From Pecten maximus (lineage: Eukaryota), in the NCBI RefSeq assembly GCF_902652985.1, contig NC_047026.1:2767307-2831306 (forward strand): DNA of 64,000 nt. Reading direction: 5' to 3'. The position numbers were made by a program, and so were the translations under genes. This document shows, piece by piece, positions 10,945-23,885 of the stretch. A model generated the notes under the pieces. It saw only the letters and a program-made list of their open reading frames with translations, did no database searches and had not been told where the DNA came from. The first letter of the stretch is position 1, and every line of letters begins with the position of its first letter.

Positions 10945-11748
10945 GTAAGTATTGTTGAATGGCAGTGAATGAATATCTTATAGTTACAATTTATTTGTTA
11001 TGTGTCTTTTCCAAACCATATAGCATAACAATTCAAATAAAAAAGAAAACTTTTTATATGTAAATGTCCACCAAAATAAAAAAAATTATCAATAAAAAAA
11101 TTAAATTAATGCTCTTATAAATTTAAAAAAAAAAATTTCTTTGAAAGTTCTGTGATATTTTGTAAATCTAAACAATCTCTGAATGATGATAGCTTAAACA
11201 ATCTGTCAGTCTCAACAATTGTAACCTTATCAAATATTTGTGCCTTTAATTATTTGACTGCACTTCTGACCCCTTTTCTATCGTAAAAAATGTTTATTTG
11301 GGAAAGATGATATGTGTGATGAATGAATGGCTGTAAAATGCTTTTTAACGAAATGATACAGAAAATGTTTTTTTCCTGCAATTCAATGTTACCTGTTTGT
11401 AATTACACAGACACAGAGAACATGGTGAAACCTACGTCAAATTTTATTGGAAGAGTGACTCTTTGTTTAATATTTTGGGTCAATGTTCAAAGGTTACAGT
11501 TCAAAGGGAAGTTCATAGTTATGTACATGTATCAAACTGATAGATCTCAAGGAAAAACGGTCAACCAGTATTAGAAATCACAAATAAAAAACGTATGAAG
11601 CAACAGGTATTGCAAAAAGTGTTACTTTAAAATGTTTATTGTATAAAATCCTTTAAGAATTCAATTAGGGCTTAAAAAAGGCCTTGAATTCAGTTTGAGT
11701 AGATCTCGATGCACACTGCATAACAAATTTGTTTAAATTGTTTTACAG

Positions 11749-11932
11749 AATCTGAAATAGTAAGAGCAGCAGAGATCGCGACCGGCACTACCAACCCTTA
11801 TGACACCTCGACCCCTGTTACACGTGGAAGAGGAAGGGGCCGAGGGGCCAGAGGTGGAGCCCTAGGTGGTAAGAAAGCCAATCCTGAGATGTGGTGGCTG
11901 GATAAGAAGAAGAATAAGAACAAGGGGCCGCA
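11749..11932 (+). CDS. TEP1: TEP1-like exon 10 (..TRGRGRGRGARGG..EMWWLDKKKNKNKGPQ)
   Basis: Acceptor ttttacag|AA, donor CCGCA|gtatgt. In phase with flanking exons. RG-rich low complexity. Confidence 0.7.
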
Positions 11933-13020
11933 GTATGTATTTTTGTTTCCTTAACTCTTTCAGTACTGATGTCGACTATAGTCGACATAAAAATGTGCTC
12001 CCTCTTCCCCGTTGTAGTCGACATAATTTCAAGCTCCCTCTTCCCCACTGTCGACTATTAAAAGTCAACAGGCTAAGCTGACGTTATTAAAGTGTTGATT
12101 TGTTGAAAACTTCACCTGACATATACAACTATCCAATGTAATGACATATAAAATGCATTCAAAACTTTTGGTTAATAAATTCAGTTTTATTTTGTTTGGG
12201 TTACATGTTTTACCGTTTGCTTAATAGATGGTATTTTCTCAATATTTTGTTAATGTAAACAATATGGCGGCTTGCTACATTTGCATTTTATATAGCAAAG
12301 TCTAGGACGTTTCTGAGTGTTCAATCTGACATCTAGAACTTATTTTGTTAAATATTCCTTAATTATGTACAAAAATAACACTAACCTTTCTGTTTCTATA
12401 TGACAAAACAACACACCGAAAATGCACATGTAGTCTGCCATTTTGTTTAAACTCTGGGGGCGAGCCTAATAACTACTTCCGGTACGGAATCCGGAATATT
12501 TTAAGATCTTCAGTAGAAATATTGGAATGTTTGAATTAGTCTGCAATATTTCACAACTCTCACAGAGAGGAATAATGACACTGATATACAAGTTATTTAT
12601 CTGAAGAATATTTTTTATATCTATTGAGTCAATAAAATTTAGTCAATAAAAAAATGTCTTCAAATATAATAAATTTCCATTGTAAAATAACTTTTCGAGA
12701 GTTTCCAATTTGAAGTCGAAATACACTGAAAATGAGTAAAGACTAGCACAAGCAAAAAGTTGTTGCTGTTATGTGTAGTTTTGAGACTGGAAGAGATTTC
12801 AGAGAAAATTGTATGGTTCTGATACAAAAAGGCTACAAAATTGGTCTGTAAACAAGGAAATTAGTCTGTAAACAAAGTAAATACATGTAAAGTATATTGA
12901 ATGGTTTCCTGTTGAATGTAATATTTAATATATTTCATGAATATGACAGAATATTGATATTTTCATGAGTGCAAAGCACGAGTGAAAAATATCAATATAG
13001 TCTGTCATAAAAAGTGAAAT

Positions 13021-14230
13021 ACAGTGGAACTTCGTTAACTTGAAGTCGACGGGACCACGAAAAAACTTCGAGTTATCCGAGTGTTCGAATTAAGCGAGTT
13101 ATCGTTTTTGGTGAAAAGTTTGGTCAATATTTGTCAACATTATATAATCATTATAACTTCGCTCTGTCGCTCATCAGTTTAGTGTGAAGACTGGTCAATA
13201 CATGTAAATATATATGTAATGTTTCGTTATGTCACTTGTAATTTGGTGTAGTTTTGCCGATATACAGTCACGATAAAGTTTCTTTCACTTAGTCACTTCA
13301 ATAACGATCTGATGTGCAAGTCATGTTTGCAAAAGGTAAACGATAAAACGGAATTCGACAAAATAACAAGTTATTAATGTCAAAACAAATAACCGTTTAA
13401 GTTTAACACAGATTGCTTACAAAACGTAACAGAACCATTACCTTTTATTGGACATATATAAAATACTGTTTGATCGGCCTACTTACTTTTTATTGATAAC
13501 CACGCCATTTCCATGTGTATTAGCACCGGAAGTTGGGCTGCGCATGTGCGTATAAAATGTTACTGTAACTGAGTTGGCGTCTTATCCGATTTAATAGACA
13601 GCACTGACCGTTACAGTTGTACTCTGAACACCTCGGCAGTAATTACGCTATTGTTTCAGCAGTGTAATGATTTAATAGGCGCCGGTGACTGTGTCATTTC
13701 TACACCTGTAAAAACATCAGCCGGGTAGATCTACCGGTGTGTCAGAGATTAGTTCCGCTTGAGCGAACGGTTAGATGAGTTGTTGACTATCGTGTGTACT
13801 GATATCGGCGACCGCCTTGGGAAATTACCTGATGTAAGTAAAGCAGTACTTTTTATCACCAAGACTTGTTGTTATAAGATTCAACCGACAATTTCTTTTA
13901 TGAATTTATGAAACACTTATAATAGCATGTAGGTTAGTAGTGCCGATATGTTCAGTATTACAAACGGAATTTAGCTCTTAAAAAATGTCGGCGTTTGCCA
14001 CCGATCGACGAAAATTATACTTCGAGTTATTCGAACATTTCAAGTAGGATTTTTATTGTTGGGACCAAATGTTTACTTCGTATTATCCGAGTTTTTCGAG
14101 TTATCCGAATTCGAATTATCCGAGTTTTTTTTACTAAGATAAAGAGAGAATTCGGCCGGGACCGGCGAGGTACTTCGAGTTAAGCGGGGTATTCGAGTTA
14201 TCCGAGTTCGAGTTAACGAAGTTCCACTGT
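13021..14230 (+). mobile_element. Tc1/mariner-like non-autonomous element (MITE) with 20-bp TIRs and TA target-site duplication
   Basis: 5' TA|CAGTGGAACTTCGTTAACT.. and 3' ..AGTTAACGAAGTTCCACTG|TA. CAGTG termini are typical of Tc1. Internal cgagttatccgag subrepeats. No long ORF. Confidence 0.7.
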
Positions 14231-14426
14231 ATATGTTATTTTTAGTGAAAAACCATTCAATTTTCTTTTTATTGCATTTTCATGCTAAAATAAACAAAAT
14301 TAAAAACATCGAAAATTAATAGTGTAAACAAAGTAAGAAAATATACTTCTAATGTTGAAATTTCAAAAGGAATGTTATTGATATCTTTGTGTATTCTTTA
14401 CCTAAGTCTCTTCTTTCTACATTTAG

Positions 14427-14607
14427 GGAGACCCTATTTGACTTGCAACTGATCACAAGGTACAAAAAAGCCCTGGATAAGTCGGTGAAGATCGCCACAA
14501 CATACAACGTCCAGCCAATCAGGGGCCGAACTATAGTTCTGTGTGACATTGGACCTAGCATGGAAGTCAACTGTACTGCAGCCAAGGGACTCGGAAAACC
14601 AAGACAG
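14427..14607 (+). CDS. TEP1: TEP1-like exon 11 (TROVE vWA-like part: ..PIRGRTIVLCDIGPSMEVN..)
   Basis: Acceptor acatttag|G, donor CAG|gtactt. Matches human LPGRTVLVYLTDANAD. DIGPSM is a MIDAS-like DxSxS motif. Confidence 0.8.
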
Positions 14608-14672
14608 GTACTTACACAACTTTTAAACGAGATGTAAAAGTGTTGATGTACAGATGTCAAAGTAAGTCACTC

Positions 14673-14878
14673 TGACCTACATTTTTACCTTTGACCTACA
14701 TTTTCACCTTTGACCTTCATTTTCACTGTTGACCTACATTTTCACAATTTGACCTACATTTTCACCTTTGACCTTCATTTTCACTGTTGACCTACATTTT
14801 CACAATTTGACCTACATTTTCACAATTTGACCTACATAATCACATTTGACCTACATTTTCACCTTTGACCTACATTTG
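14673..14878. repeat. 19-20-bp minisatellite (gacctacattttcacctttg)
   Basis: About 10 units. Confidence 0.8.
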
Positions 14879-14967
14879 GTAAGGGACTGTAATTCTCTGA
14901 ATTGTCTTGTTTTATCTTACTTGTTTTTAAACATCCTAAACACCTTTAACTTTTATCTTGGTTGTAG

Positions 14968-15120
14968 ATGAAGGAGGTTGCTGTCCTGCTCGGTTTGATG
15001 TGCAAGTATTCCTGTGAGGAGTGCGATCTTATGGCCTTCACCCCGACGACTTACTTCAATGTCCAGCTTAAGCCTGGTACAATCCTGGAAAACATGGATG
15101 TTGTTTTGGATCCAATGACT
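14968..15120 (+). CDS. TEP1: TEP1-like exon 12
   Basis: Acceptor ggttgtag|ATG, donor ACT|gtaagg. 51 codons. In phase. Confidence 0.75.
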
Positions 15121-15539
15121 GTAAGGATGGCACAAAGAATTTTCTTTTTCCTAAAGCTTCAGAAATGTTTGTGGCAAAATTTTCATTTTTGGGGAAAAAA
15201 ATAAGGAAAAATAACCTGTTGGAGATGCGATATGCATATGCCAGGTTTGAATATTTCTGAGATGTTTAAAAACCTGACTGATGGACATCATGTTTCTGAC
15301 AGAAGTGATTAGCATTAGGTATTCTTCACACAGACTTTAAAAAATAATCTTTTTCAACTTCAAATAATTTAGCAAACTAACAGACCTGAGAATTTCATAT
15401 GTTTCTTACAAGTATAGCTGTCGCCCATGATAAGTGATTAAATTTAGGAAATTTTACTAAGATATTAATGGTCAACTTGTTAATTTTCCTAACATCTGGC
15501 AAATTTCAGTTAGAACTTTCCCATTAATAATAGTTAAAA

Positions 15540-15775
15540 TACATTTTTATGCCCCCGCCATAAAAATGGGGGTGGGGGGTGGAGGCATATAATGTTACCC
15601 ATGTCCTGTCCCGTCCCATCCTATCCCGTCCCATCCTGTCCCGTCCTGATGCAATGTAACTAGCTAATCTCAGGAACTGATGATGCAATCCTCACCAAAC
15701 TGTGCCCCGAAGTGTCAAGTGGCAGCAAGGGCATTCTATGTCTGACAGACATTTTCTAGTTTTAATATAAATTAT
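15540..15775 (+). repeat. Dispersed repeat family E (second copy at 23690-23885)
   Basis: tttatgcccc(c/t)gccat(a/g)aaa(a/t)tgggggca tataatgttacccatgtcc..gatgcaatgtaa(c/a)tagctaatctc(a/g)gaaactg(a/c)tgat.. Confidence 0.6.
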
Positions 15776-15993
15776 ATAATTTTTATTGGGTGACAAACAT
15801 TTGAATGAATGGGCATATTTCTGAGTCATCAAACATTTCTTCTAATATGGTATCAATTTTGAATATAAATACGAAAATTTCTGAAAAGTAAAAAACATGG
15901 AATACTTAAGCTATACATGGTAACCCTCTTTCAAAGGAAACTTTTTGAAGAACTGTGCTGTCACATTGATCGTTTTCCTCTTATTCTTTACAG

Positions 15994-16083
15994 CTTACCA
16001 ATGCTGAATTTGCATCTACTGAGTCTATGCCATTTATGTTACCTCACAAAATTCTGTCGGATGCTTTGAGGGACAGAGTACAG
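15994..16083 (+). CDS. TEP1: TEP1-like exon 13
   Basis: Acceptor ttctttacag|CTT, donor CAG|gttagt. 30 codons. Confidence 0.75.
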
Positions 16084-16154
16084 GTTAGTACAACATCAAT
16101 ATTGTCTGGAGTGTAACACAGTTACTGTATGCCAATTGTTGTTTTGTAATTATT

Positions 16155-16480
16155 GATATTGAAAAATTCCAAATATTTCTTCCAAATATTTCTGTTATTG
16201 AAAAATTCCAAATATTTCTGATGTTGAAAAATTCCAAATATTTCTGATATTTCAAAATCCAAATATTTCAAATTCCAAATATTTCTAATATTGAAAAATT
16301 CCAAATACAAAAAATGTATATCTGATGTTGACAAATTTCAAATATTTCATATATTGAAAAATTCCAAATATTTCTAATCAAATATTTCTGATATTGAAAA
16401 ATTCCAAATATTTCCAATATTCAAAAATTCCAAATATTCCTGATACTGAAAAATTCCAAATATTTATGATATTGAAAATT
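16155..16480. repeat. About 30-bp AT-rich minisatellite (gaaaaattccaaatatttctgatatt)
   Basis: About 11 units. Confidence 0.8.
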
Positions 16481-16488
16481 TTTATATA

Positions 16489-17573
16489 CAGAGGAGCCCA
16501 CTTATTTGCATATCGGTTATTTGAATATCCCGCTTATTTGCATAAAATTCTCAGGTCCCGATTTTTTTCTTCTTTATCTTTTTATTTTAATCCCGTGTAT
16601 TTGCATCGACTAAAACACCGACTCCCGCTTATATGCATATAAAAATTCCAAAAAACCGAAAAATTTTAATTGATTTTAGGGTATTTTTGTGATTTTTCCG
16701 TAATAAAAGTGTTATGAAAAGTGTTTTTAACTTACATATTGATTCGACACGATGTACAACGTTATCTAATCATTGGTTCCCACTTCGTCAAAACAGGTTA
16801 TGTTCGATGCATCGATATCGACATTTAGTTATTATCAAGACCATATCAGTAGCATTGTGAAGAAGAATTACTGAATAAAATATTGATATGTCTCATCTTT
16901 TGATGAGATTTGTTTATTTATTATAGCATCGATCCAAACCTGTGTTCTGTACACTTGAACACTCGCTGAGGCAGGTTGCGATCGCCATGATTGTTTACTA
17001 GGCGCGTTGCATTGTGGGGGCATATGTGTAAGGAACGACAACTCTTTATGTGTGTGCGCCATTTTCCAAAACAAACCCAAACGCCAATGCACATCTCACG
17101 GTCATTTAAGACAGTCTATTGCTCAAGCAGTTCATCATCTATGATCAAGCAACTAATATACTCATAGCAGGAACAAAACACATCTCAAGACGATAATGAA
17201 TGTTTATTGAAACGATCACATTGTACATCGTAGTGCCAACCCACGCGTGTATGACCGATTTCGGACCCACAGACTCGGAGTGACAAGTAGTAAACGATGA
17301 AGTACAAATGTATATGCAAATATTTGTACATTTACAAAGAATAACAACCCATTTATTTCGTATTTACTCTTATATTTTAAATTTTTTTTTTTTTAAAATA
17401 TGTTTTTAATGCAAATAACGTAAACAATCATATAGCGCCCATTTTGAGTACCTACCTGACGATCTACATAGTGTATAAGAGGGGCCAAAACCCAACTCCG
17501 CCTATACGAATACTCCGGTTATTTGCATATTTTGTCATGGAAAAAGGGCTATGCAAATAAGCGGGTTGCTCTG
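16489..17573 (+). mobile_element. Second TIR element (MITE) flanked by TA
   Basis: 5' TA|CAGAGGAGCCCACTTATTTGCATA and 3' TATGCAAATAAGCGGGTTGCTCTG|TA. About 24 of 28 TIR bases match. ttatttgcata subterminal repeats. Confidence 0.55.
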
Positions 17574-17789
17574 TAAATTGTCATTGAATACTTGACTCAT
17601 AGAATCTGTGACCTGTATGTGTTCAGGTTTCATGGATTATAGTCGGGGACTGATATTTGAAACGTCATTTGATGAGATCTTGCAGAATGTCAGCCAATGA
17701 CTGAGATTTACCAATCTCAAACAAAGTTAATGAATTATTTCTGTTGTATATCATTGTGTCAAAATTGCTGGAAATCTTAAAGAACTAAT

Positions 17790-18050
17790 TCTATTTCAAA
17801 ACGTTTATGAGGCCAAACCGGTTCATCAGTTTTGTAATACAGTGTATAATATTTCAAATATATTTCTTGACAGACCTGCAAATGTTAATACAGGCCTTGG
17901 AAGTCTTTGTCAAGACTCGTCTGAAAACAATATAAAATAACCAGATCCGCCTTTATTTCATAAACGTACAACAACGGTCCAAGTGGTCTGACCGTTTGGA
18001 CCGCAAAAACGAAAACGGCCCATTTGAAATACACTGTCACTTTTCACGAA
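17790..18050 (+). repeat. Dispersed repeat family D (copy 1; other copies at 40480-40760 and 44935-45000)
   Basis: Shared tgttaatacaggccttggaag(t/c)ctttgtca..cgtctgaaaacaatataaaat..ggtccaa(g/c)tggtct(g/a)accgtttggaccgcaaaaacgaaaa. Confidence 0.6.
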
Positions 18051-18215
18051 ATGCCACTTAAAGGTGCTGGACATATCAGACAATACAGAAAAATCTAGTA
18101 TTGTGTATGTAGTGTGTGAGATTCCTCAGCCCGAAGTACATGAATTATTTGTTTTTGTTTACATTTAAAACTTGACATATTTATGTTTTTATTGATGACC
18201 TGGTTTTCTGTTTAG

Positions 18216-18358
18216 GTTGATAACTTAATCTTCCTGAGTGGCGGAGACAATGTGCCCACCCAGCAGCAGTATCTCTCAACGTTTCTGAAAAAATACAGAG
18301 AAATTGTCAACCAAAATCTTCTGTATGTCAACATATCCTTTGCAGGCAAGAATTGTGG
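18216..18358 (+). CDS. TEP1: TEP1-like exon 14 (VDNLIFLSGGD..)
   Basis: Acceptor ctgtttag|GTT, donor GG|gtaagt. Matches human VDRVILLGQSMDDG. Confidence 0.8.
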
Positions 18359-18688
18359 GTAAGTAAAGCATGAATTATGGGTAATTTCATCTGGAATTAT
18401 GGGAGAGCTTTTTCTGAAATCATAGACATGGATAACAACCTATGTAATCTACCTGTGTTAAAGAGATTGGAATATTTTCTGTGAAATATTTTCTGAAAGA
18501 CTTCAGAATGATGCTTTAGATTTGAAAAGCAGTTTAGAAAGTTTTAGAAATACAGCGAGAGGTACATTCTGGCCATCTTGGCTCAGTGTGTTCTGAAGGT
18601 ACCCTGTGATTAGATTAGAAATAACATAAAATTGAATAAACTACAATATAAAAATTGATAGCCAAAGTATCGTAGAGGAACTGGACTG

Positions 18689-18800
18689 GCCCAATCGCTG
18701 GTGGCCAGGTAGATCAAATGATTAGAGCACCTGGCTAGAGTTCAGAGGTCACGGGTTCGAGTCTTGATCTGGTTGCTGCATTTTTCCTTTCTTGTTACAG
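18689..18800 (+). mobile_element. tRNA-Lys-like SINE unit (family C), diverged copy
   Basis: ggccaggtagatcaaatgattagagcac..ggtcacgggttcgagtcttg. Tail tttttcctttcttgttacag. Confidence 0.5.
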
Positions 18801-18989
18801 TATAATTATAATTTAATGATTATCAGAAAATAATCAAAGTATGTAAGATGTAAATTCACTTAAATTAGCTCTGTTTGAATTTAAGGACTTGCTGTTGATT
18901 TGAAAAAGAAATATTTCCGGTGAATATAGAAGATGATTTACAGATATTATGCTGTTGTAAGAAGTTTTGTTTTTTATCTTTTTTTGTAG

Positions 18990-19061
18990 ATTTTCAGAGA
19001 GTATCACTCCAGAACATGACAACGACATCTACATTTCTGGTTACAGTGATCAGATACTCAG
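18990..19061 (+). CDS. TEP1: TEP1-like exon 15 (..DIYISGYSDQILR)
   Basis: Acceptor tttttgtag|A is the only in-phase choice. Donor AG|gtaaga. Matches human DVTLSGCTDAILK. Confidence 0.8.
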
Positions 19062-19427
19062 GTAAGATGGTTACTCCTGACTCATGAATTATGGGTAATT
19101 TCATCTGGAATTATGGGATACAGATATACACAGATACTAGGCAAAAATGAAGTTTGTCTTGTGAAGTATAAATTTGATTGGTGTAGGTCTTCATTTTAAC
19201 CCCAATCCCTAGTGTCTGGTTAAGTATTCAGACTTCACTCATCAATTTTGATAGGGTGTTACTATTTTACATGAAAGTATTTGGAATAAACCAAATGCTT
19301 TCCAGAAAATAAGTAAGATCTTTTTTCCAAATCTTGACATATTTTAAACTTCTGTTACATTTTCCCCAATTCCAAGAGAGCTGGAAAGGTTGCATACATG
19401 TTTCTCTAGTTATGTTTATCATTTGAT

Positions 19428-19887
19428 TGGCTAGGTAAATCTAAAATTCTTATCTCATCATTTGATTGGCTAAGTAAATCTAAAGTTCTTATCTATCATT
19501 TGATTGGCTATGTAAATCTAAAATTCTTATCTAATCATTTGATTGGCTAGGTCAATCTAAAATTCTTATCCAATCGTTTGATTGGCTAGGTAAATCTAAA
19601 ATTCTCATCTTGTCATTTGATTGGCTAAGTAAATCTAAAATTCTTGTCTAATCATTTCATTGGCAAGGTAAATGTAAACTTCTTATCTAATCATTTGATT
19701 GGCTAGGTAAATCTAGAATTCTTATCTTATCATTTGATTGGCTAAGTAAATCTTACCTAATCATTTGATTGGCTAGGTAAATCTAGAATTCTTATCTTAT
19801 CATTTGATTGGCTAAGTAAATCTTACCTAATCATTTGATTGGCTAGGTAAATGTAAACTTCTTATCTAATCATCTGATTGGCTACAG
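19428..19887. repeat. About 48-bp minisatellite (catttgattggctaggtaaatctaaaattcttatctaat), about 10 units abutting the exon 16 acceptor
   Basis: The last unit is modified to ..catctgattggctacag|GTTTATAG, which is the functional acceptor. Confidence 0.85.
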
Positions 19888-20049
19888 GTTTATAGCCGAG
19901 AGAGGAGAAGGGGGACAACTTCGACATGTAGAGAAAATCGATGAAGCTTTTGACCTTCGACCTATGCCAGCCACCTCATCAGACCGAGGAAACAAACCAA
20001 AGTTGGAACGGCCTGCTAAGCCACTACCCATTGTTTCTAACTCTCCCAG
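19888..20049 (+). CDS. TEP1: TEP1-like exon 16 (FIAERGEGGQL..)
   Basis: Acceptor ggctacag|G, donor CCCAG|gtaaag. Matches human FIAEHGASHLLEHV. Confidence 0.8.
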
Positions 20050-20478
20050 GTAAAGCCTATTACTGTGCGACAACAATTTGGTTTTAATTCATCTTAATAA
20101 GTGGAGTTTAACATACTGACAAAACTGTATTTATCATGTTTTCCCTGTGCTGTGATACAATGAAAATTTAAGTGAAATATTTCTTTAACATGAATAAAAA
20201 TAAAAATAAAATAAAATTGTCTGTATTAAGTATCCTTAAAAAAGTAGGTTGCGTCTATTCCTACCTCTGGTACTTCATATGACAGTGCTAGTATGCTTAT
20301 CATTGATCATTCGTCTGTTGAAGGTGACAGTGTAGTCAATCTTCAATATCAAATTGGTTGTGTTATATAATATCTATCATATTTACTTTACCAACCTGAA
20401 GAAAATGTTCCAGAATATCTGTGATTCTTGTATAATTATTTACATTGTTTTCTCAGTCTATCTTATTAATCTTTACAG

Positions 20479-20655
20479 CTGGAAAACTCTCCGAGTGTTC
20501 ATCTCATCGACATTCCGTGACATGCACGGTGAAAGAGACATTCTCACACGAAATATATTCCCAGAGTTGCGCGCCCTTACCAAGAAACACTTCATTAATA
20601 TTTATGAGGTGGATCTCCGATGGGGAGTTACAGAGAATGACACAAAGACAAACAG
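20479..20655 (+). CDS. TEP1: TEP1-like exon 17 (DUF4062: [41 protein letters not shown])
   Basis: Acceptor ctttacag|C, donor AACAG|gtataa. Near-identical block to human [41 protein letters not shown]. Confidence 0.9.
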
Positions 20656-21656
20656 GTATAAACCACTACCTGCTATATTAATTCTACCTTTCCAGGGCTT
20701 TTTCTGAGGGCTTTTTTGGGCCGTTAATGGGCCTCATTCCCAATTGGAATTAATTCATTTTAAAGCCAAATTCCCGAAAAAATGTTTCCCCAATTCACCA
20801 ATTTTCTTCCCAAAGTGAGACAAACCAGTGAGAAAAAGCCCTGCTTTCGTCCTGAGATATTGGATCATTCTCCAAGGTACATTTAAAATCCAAGGGTTTT
20901 GTGTATGACACCTTGTTGATAATGCATCTCAACGTGTCTGGAAAGTGTTGCACAAGCATGTATATACCTGTAACATTTTTGATAAAGATGAAAGTATAAA
21001 CGTAGATTTTAACCATCATTTGTTATGGTATGGCGGCTTAATAGTCTTGAAAATACAGGTATCAGACTAGTGATTGATAAAGTTTGTTTTGTAAAACCAA
21101 TGTAATGAAAAATCATACGCCTTAATTTTTTCTATGGCATATTCAAAGGGTACTGAGAGAAGACATTTATTTCCAGAGCTGAACCCTTGGATTTTAAAAA
21201 TACCTTAAACAATCTTAATGATATTATGAATTGTCATTGAAGAAATTTACAGCTTATTTTGTTTTAGCAAACATTAATATTTTTCCTGATATGGATATTT
21301 GCTGTAACATCTATAAACATTGTCTTTATGTTGTAGTCAGGGAAACATGAAACAATGCTATCAGAGTGATTTCACTTTTAATTAGTCCAGCACAAAAATT
21401 TTCAGTGATACATACTAAACTAATTACATCTACAGGGTTCACCCTGGACCCAAAAATCATGGGATTTTTGACAAGATTTCAGAAATCGTATGGGCCAAAA
21501 CATAGAAAATTAAAGAAATTTGTGAGTTTTGGTTGGCCATTTTGAAAAATATGGGGGAAATGGCCCCATGGCCCCCTCCAGAGTTATCCCTGGTGTTTTT
21601 GAATGAATTCAAGCTAATCTGGAATATTCTGAACATTTTTTGTCTCATTATTCCAG

Positions 21657-21899
21657 AACCATGGAACTTTGTCTCTCTGAGGTCAAACAGTGCAACCTGT
21701 TCCTGGGAATTCTAGGAGAAAGGTATGGCTGGATACCCGAGAAGTATATCGTCCCCGATACAGCCGAGTATGACTGGGTCAGAGAAAGCAAGCCCGGGAT
21801 GTCGGTTACGGAGATGGAAATGTACGCCGGAGCTCTGAGTCAGCCGCAGGAATCACAACAGACAGCTTTCTTCTTTCTCAGGGACAGCCAGTTTGAAAA
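21657..21899 (+). CDS. TEP1: TEP1-like exon 18 (DUF4062: ..CNLFLGILGERYGWIP..MSVTEMEM..FFFLRDSQFEK)
   Basis: Acceptor ttattccag|A, donor GAAAA|gtaaga. Matches human AQLFVGILGSRYGYIP..RSVTEMEV..IYFRDSSF. Confidence 0.9.
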
Positions 21900-21924
21900 G
21901 TAAGATTGGAAATTTAAGCAGTTC

Positions 21925-22060
21925 TGTACCGTATTTATCCTCAAATAAGCCCCCTCCCCTAGTGTAAAAGTTCAGTACTGTATTTATCATCTAATAAGCC
22001 CTCCCCTAGTGTAAAAGTTAGTTACTGTATTTATCCTCTAATAAGCCCCCTCTCCTTATG
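21925..22060. repeat. 47-bp repeat x3 (gtactgtatttatcctctaataagccccctcccctagtgtaaaagtt)
   Basis: Starts 25 bp after the exon 18 donor. Confidence 0.75.
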
Positions 22061-22593
22061 TTGAAGTTTTGTATTGAAGTTTGGGGTGAACATCATGTAA
22101 CTAATTTCAAATTGATGATGCTGCAATATGAAGAAGGGGGCGTTTTTGCAGATGAATACGGTAATCATATCATAAAAGGAATGCATGAATGAATGATTAG
22201 GATATAATTACAGTATACCTAAAGAATGAATCAGACTTTGGCTTTGACATTCGTGAAATTCTTGATTTAATAAATCATAAATTATTTTACCAATTTCTCA
22301 CGTCCATATGATAACCTCGTATGTTCTCTCCTTTCATGAGTATAAGAATATTTTGTGGTTCTTTTATTTCTGAACTTGTACACTTTAAACCGCTGAACAT
22401 TGCTTTTATTAGTTCATGTATATATTTTATATTGTATGAAAACCTCAAAATTCAATTGCAATTTATCTATGAAATATGAAATACTTCTATCTTTGATTTA
22501 TTGTAAAAACAAATATCTAAGAAACTATCTATCACGAAAACAGTATTTATCCAAACAAAATCTTAAATATAATTTCCTCTCTCCTTATTTTAG

Positions 22594-22828
22594 GAACATT
22601 CCTCCAGAATTTACATCAGACTTTGTTGCTGAGAATGCTGAATGTAAAGAGAAAATGGCCGCCCTGAAATCAAGGATACGAAACAGTGGCTTGGAAGTAT
22701 ACGACAAGTATCCTTGTCACTGGGGTGGTGTGGCTGAGGACAAACCTCTTGTTTCAGGCCTAGAGTTGTTTGGTGCAAGAGTCCTTAACAACCTCTGGAA
22801 CTCTATCAACAAACTCTACATTGAGCAG
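22594..22828 (+). CDS. TEP1: TEP1-like exon 19 (..SDFVAENAE..YPCHWGGVA..LYIEQ)
   Basis: Acceptor cttattttag|G, donor GCAG|gtaaac. Matches human KSDFVSESEE..YPCEWGGVA..KLYLQ. Confidence 0.85.
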
Positions 22829-23319
22829 GTAAACTGGGCTAGTTCATAAGGAAAATTCGAAATCAAGAAAGTGAAATATATGAAAAATGAAAGATTTCTA
22901 ACATGAATGTACATGATTTGTAAATTAGTAGATTTGCAGCTTTGGTCAAATATGACTTTTTTTAAATGGCTGCCTACTGTGTAGTTTTTTTCGTATTAAA
23001 ATAATTTAGTGTTTCAATTTTGGTATGTCTTTCTTTTAAGTGCTACACATTTAAAATCATTAAAATTCGAAACTATGGTTAAGTTTTACAGTACAGCGCA
23101 TTTTATGTTAAGATTACATATGATCATTATACCTACTTTACGATCTAGGACTGATAACTCTATACTTTGTATTTCATTTCAACAAATTTTATTGTTTTTA
23201 AAAATTGGATTGAACATCAGGCTTAAGCCTATTTTAAGTTCTCTCCGTATTATAATAATATTAACAAAATAAAAACATCCGGTATTAATAGCATACAATG
23301 TAGAGTAATATATAATATT

Positions 23320-23356
23320 ACACACACACACACACACACACACTCGCACTCGCACA
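23320..23356. repeat. (CA)n microsatellite
   Basis: cacacacacacacacacacactcgcactcgcaca. Confidence 0.9.
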
Positions 23357-23885
23357 TGTTATACATGTATATGTACAGGGGAAAGAAATTCAAATACTCT
23401 ATGTATATAAACAGTGGGTTTTCCATTACTATTATGATTAGAATTTATAGATTTGTTTGATATTGCAATGTTATCTGCCTGGATGGGAGGCAGGTGCCTA
23501 GTCAAACCAAGAGTTTCCGACAAAAATGTCCATGAGGTGCTTACACCCAGTAGTCATCCACTCATGGCTGAATACACACCTGCCCCCCAACCCAGGCAGA
23601 CACTATGCACATATATACTTTGTATTCTTCGAACTATTGACAAAGTCCCTTGGAGTTAAGAGTTATCAGGGTTTTACTGTATACACAGAGTTATGGCCCT
23701 TTCTTTATGCCCTTGCCATGAAATTGGGGGCATATAGTATTACCCATGTCCGTCCTGTCCCCTCCCGATGCAATGTAAATAACTAATCTCGGAAACTGCT
23801 GATACGATCCTCGCCAAACTGTGTTTTGGGGTGTCAAGTGACAGTGGGGCATTTATGTCTTACAGGCATTTTCTAGTTTATACGG

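Noticed and set aside
12000-12060. Short palindromes gtcgactatagtcgac and direct 45-bp repeats near 11960-12070, possibly a small hairpin element
   Set aside because: Too short and isolated to call. No TIR or TSD structure could be established.
14673-14878. DR1-like nuclear-receptor half-site pairs (TGACCTTTGACC/TGACCTTTGACA) in satellites, also at 60105-61440
   Set aside because: The half-site spacing and second half-site do not fit the DR1 consensus consistently. The motif is part of the repeat unit, so its repetition is trivially explained.
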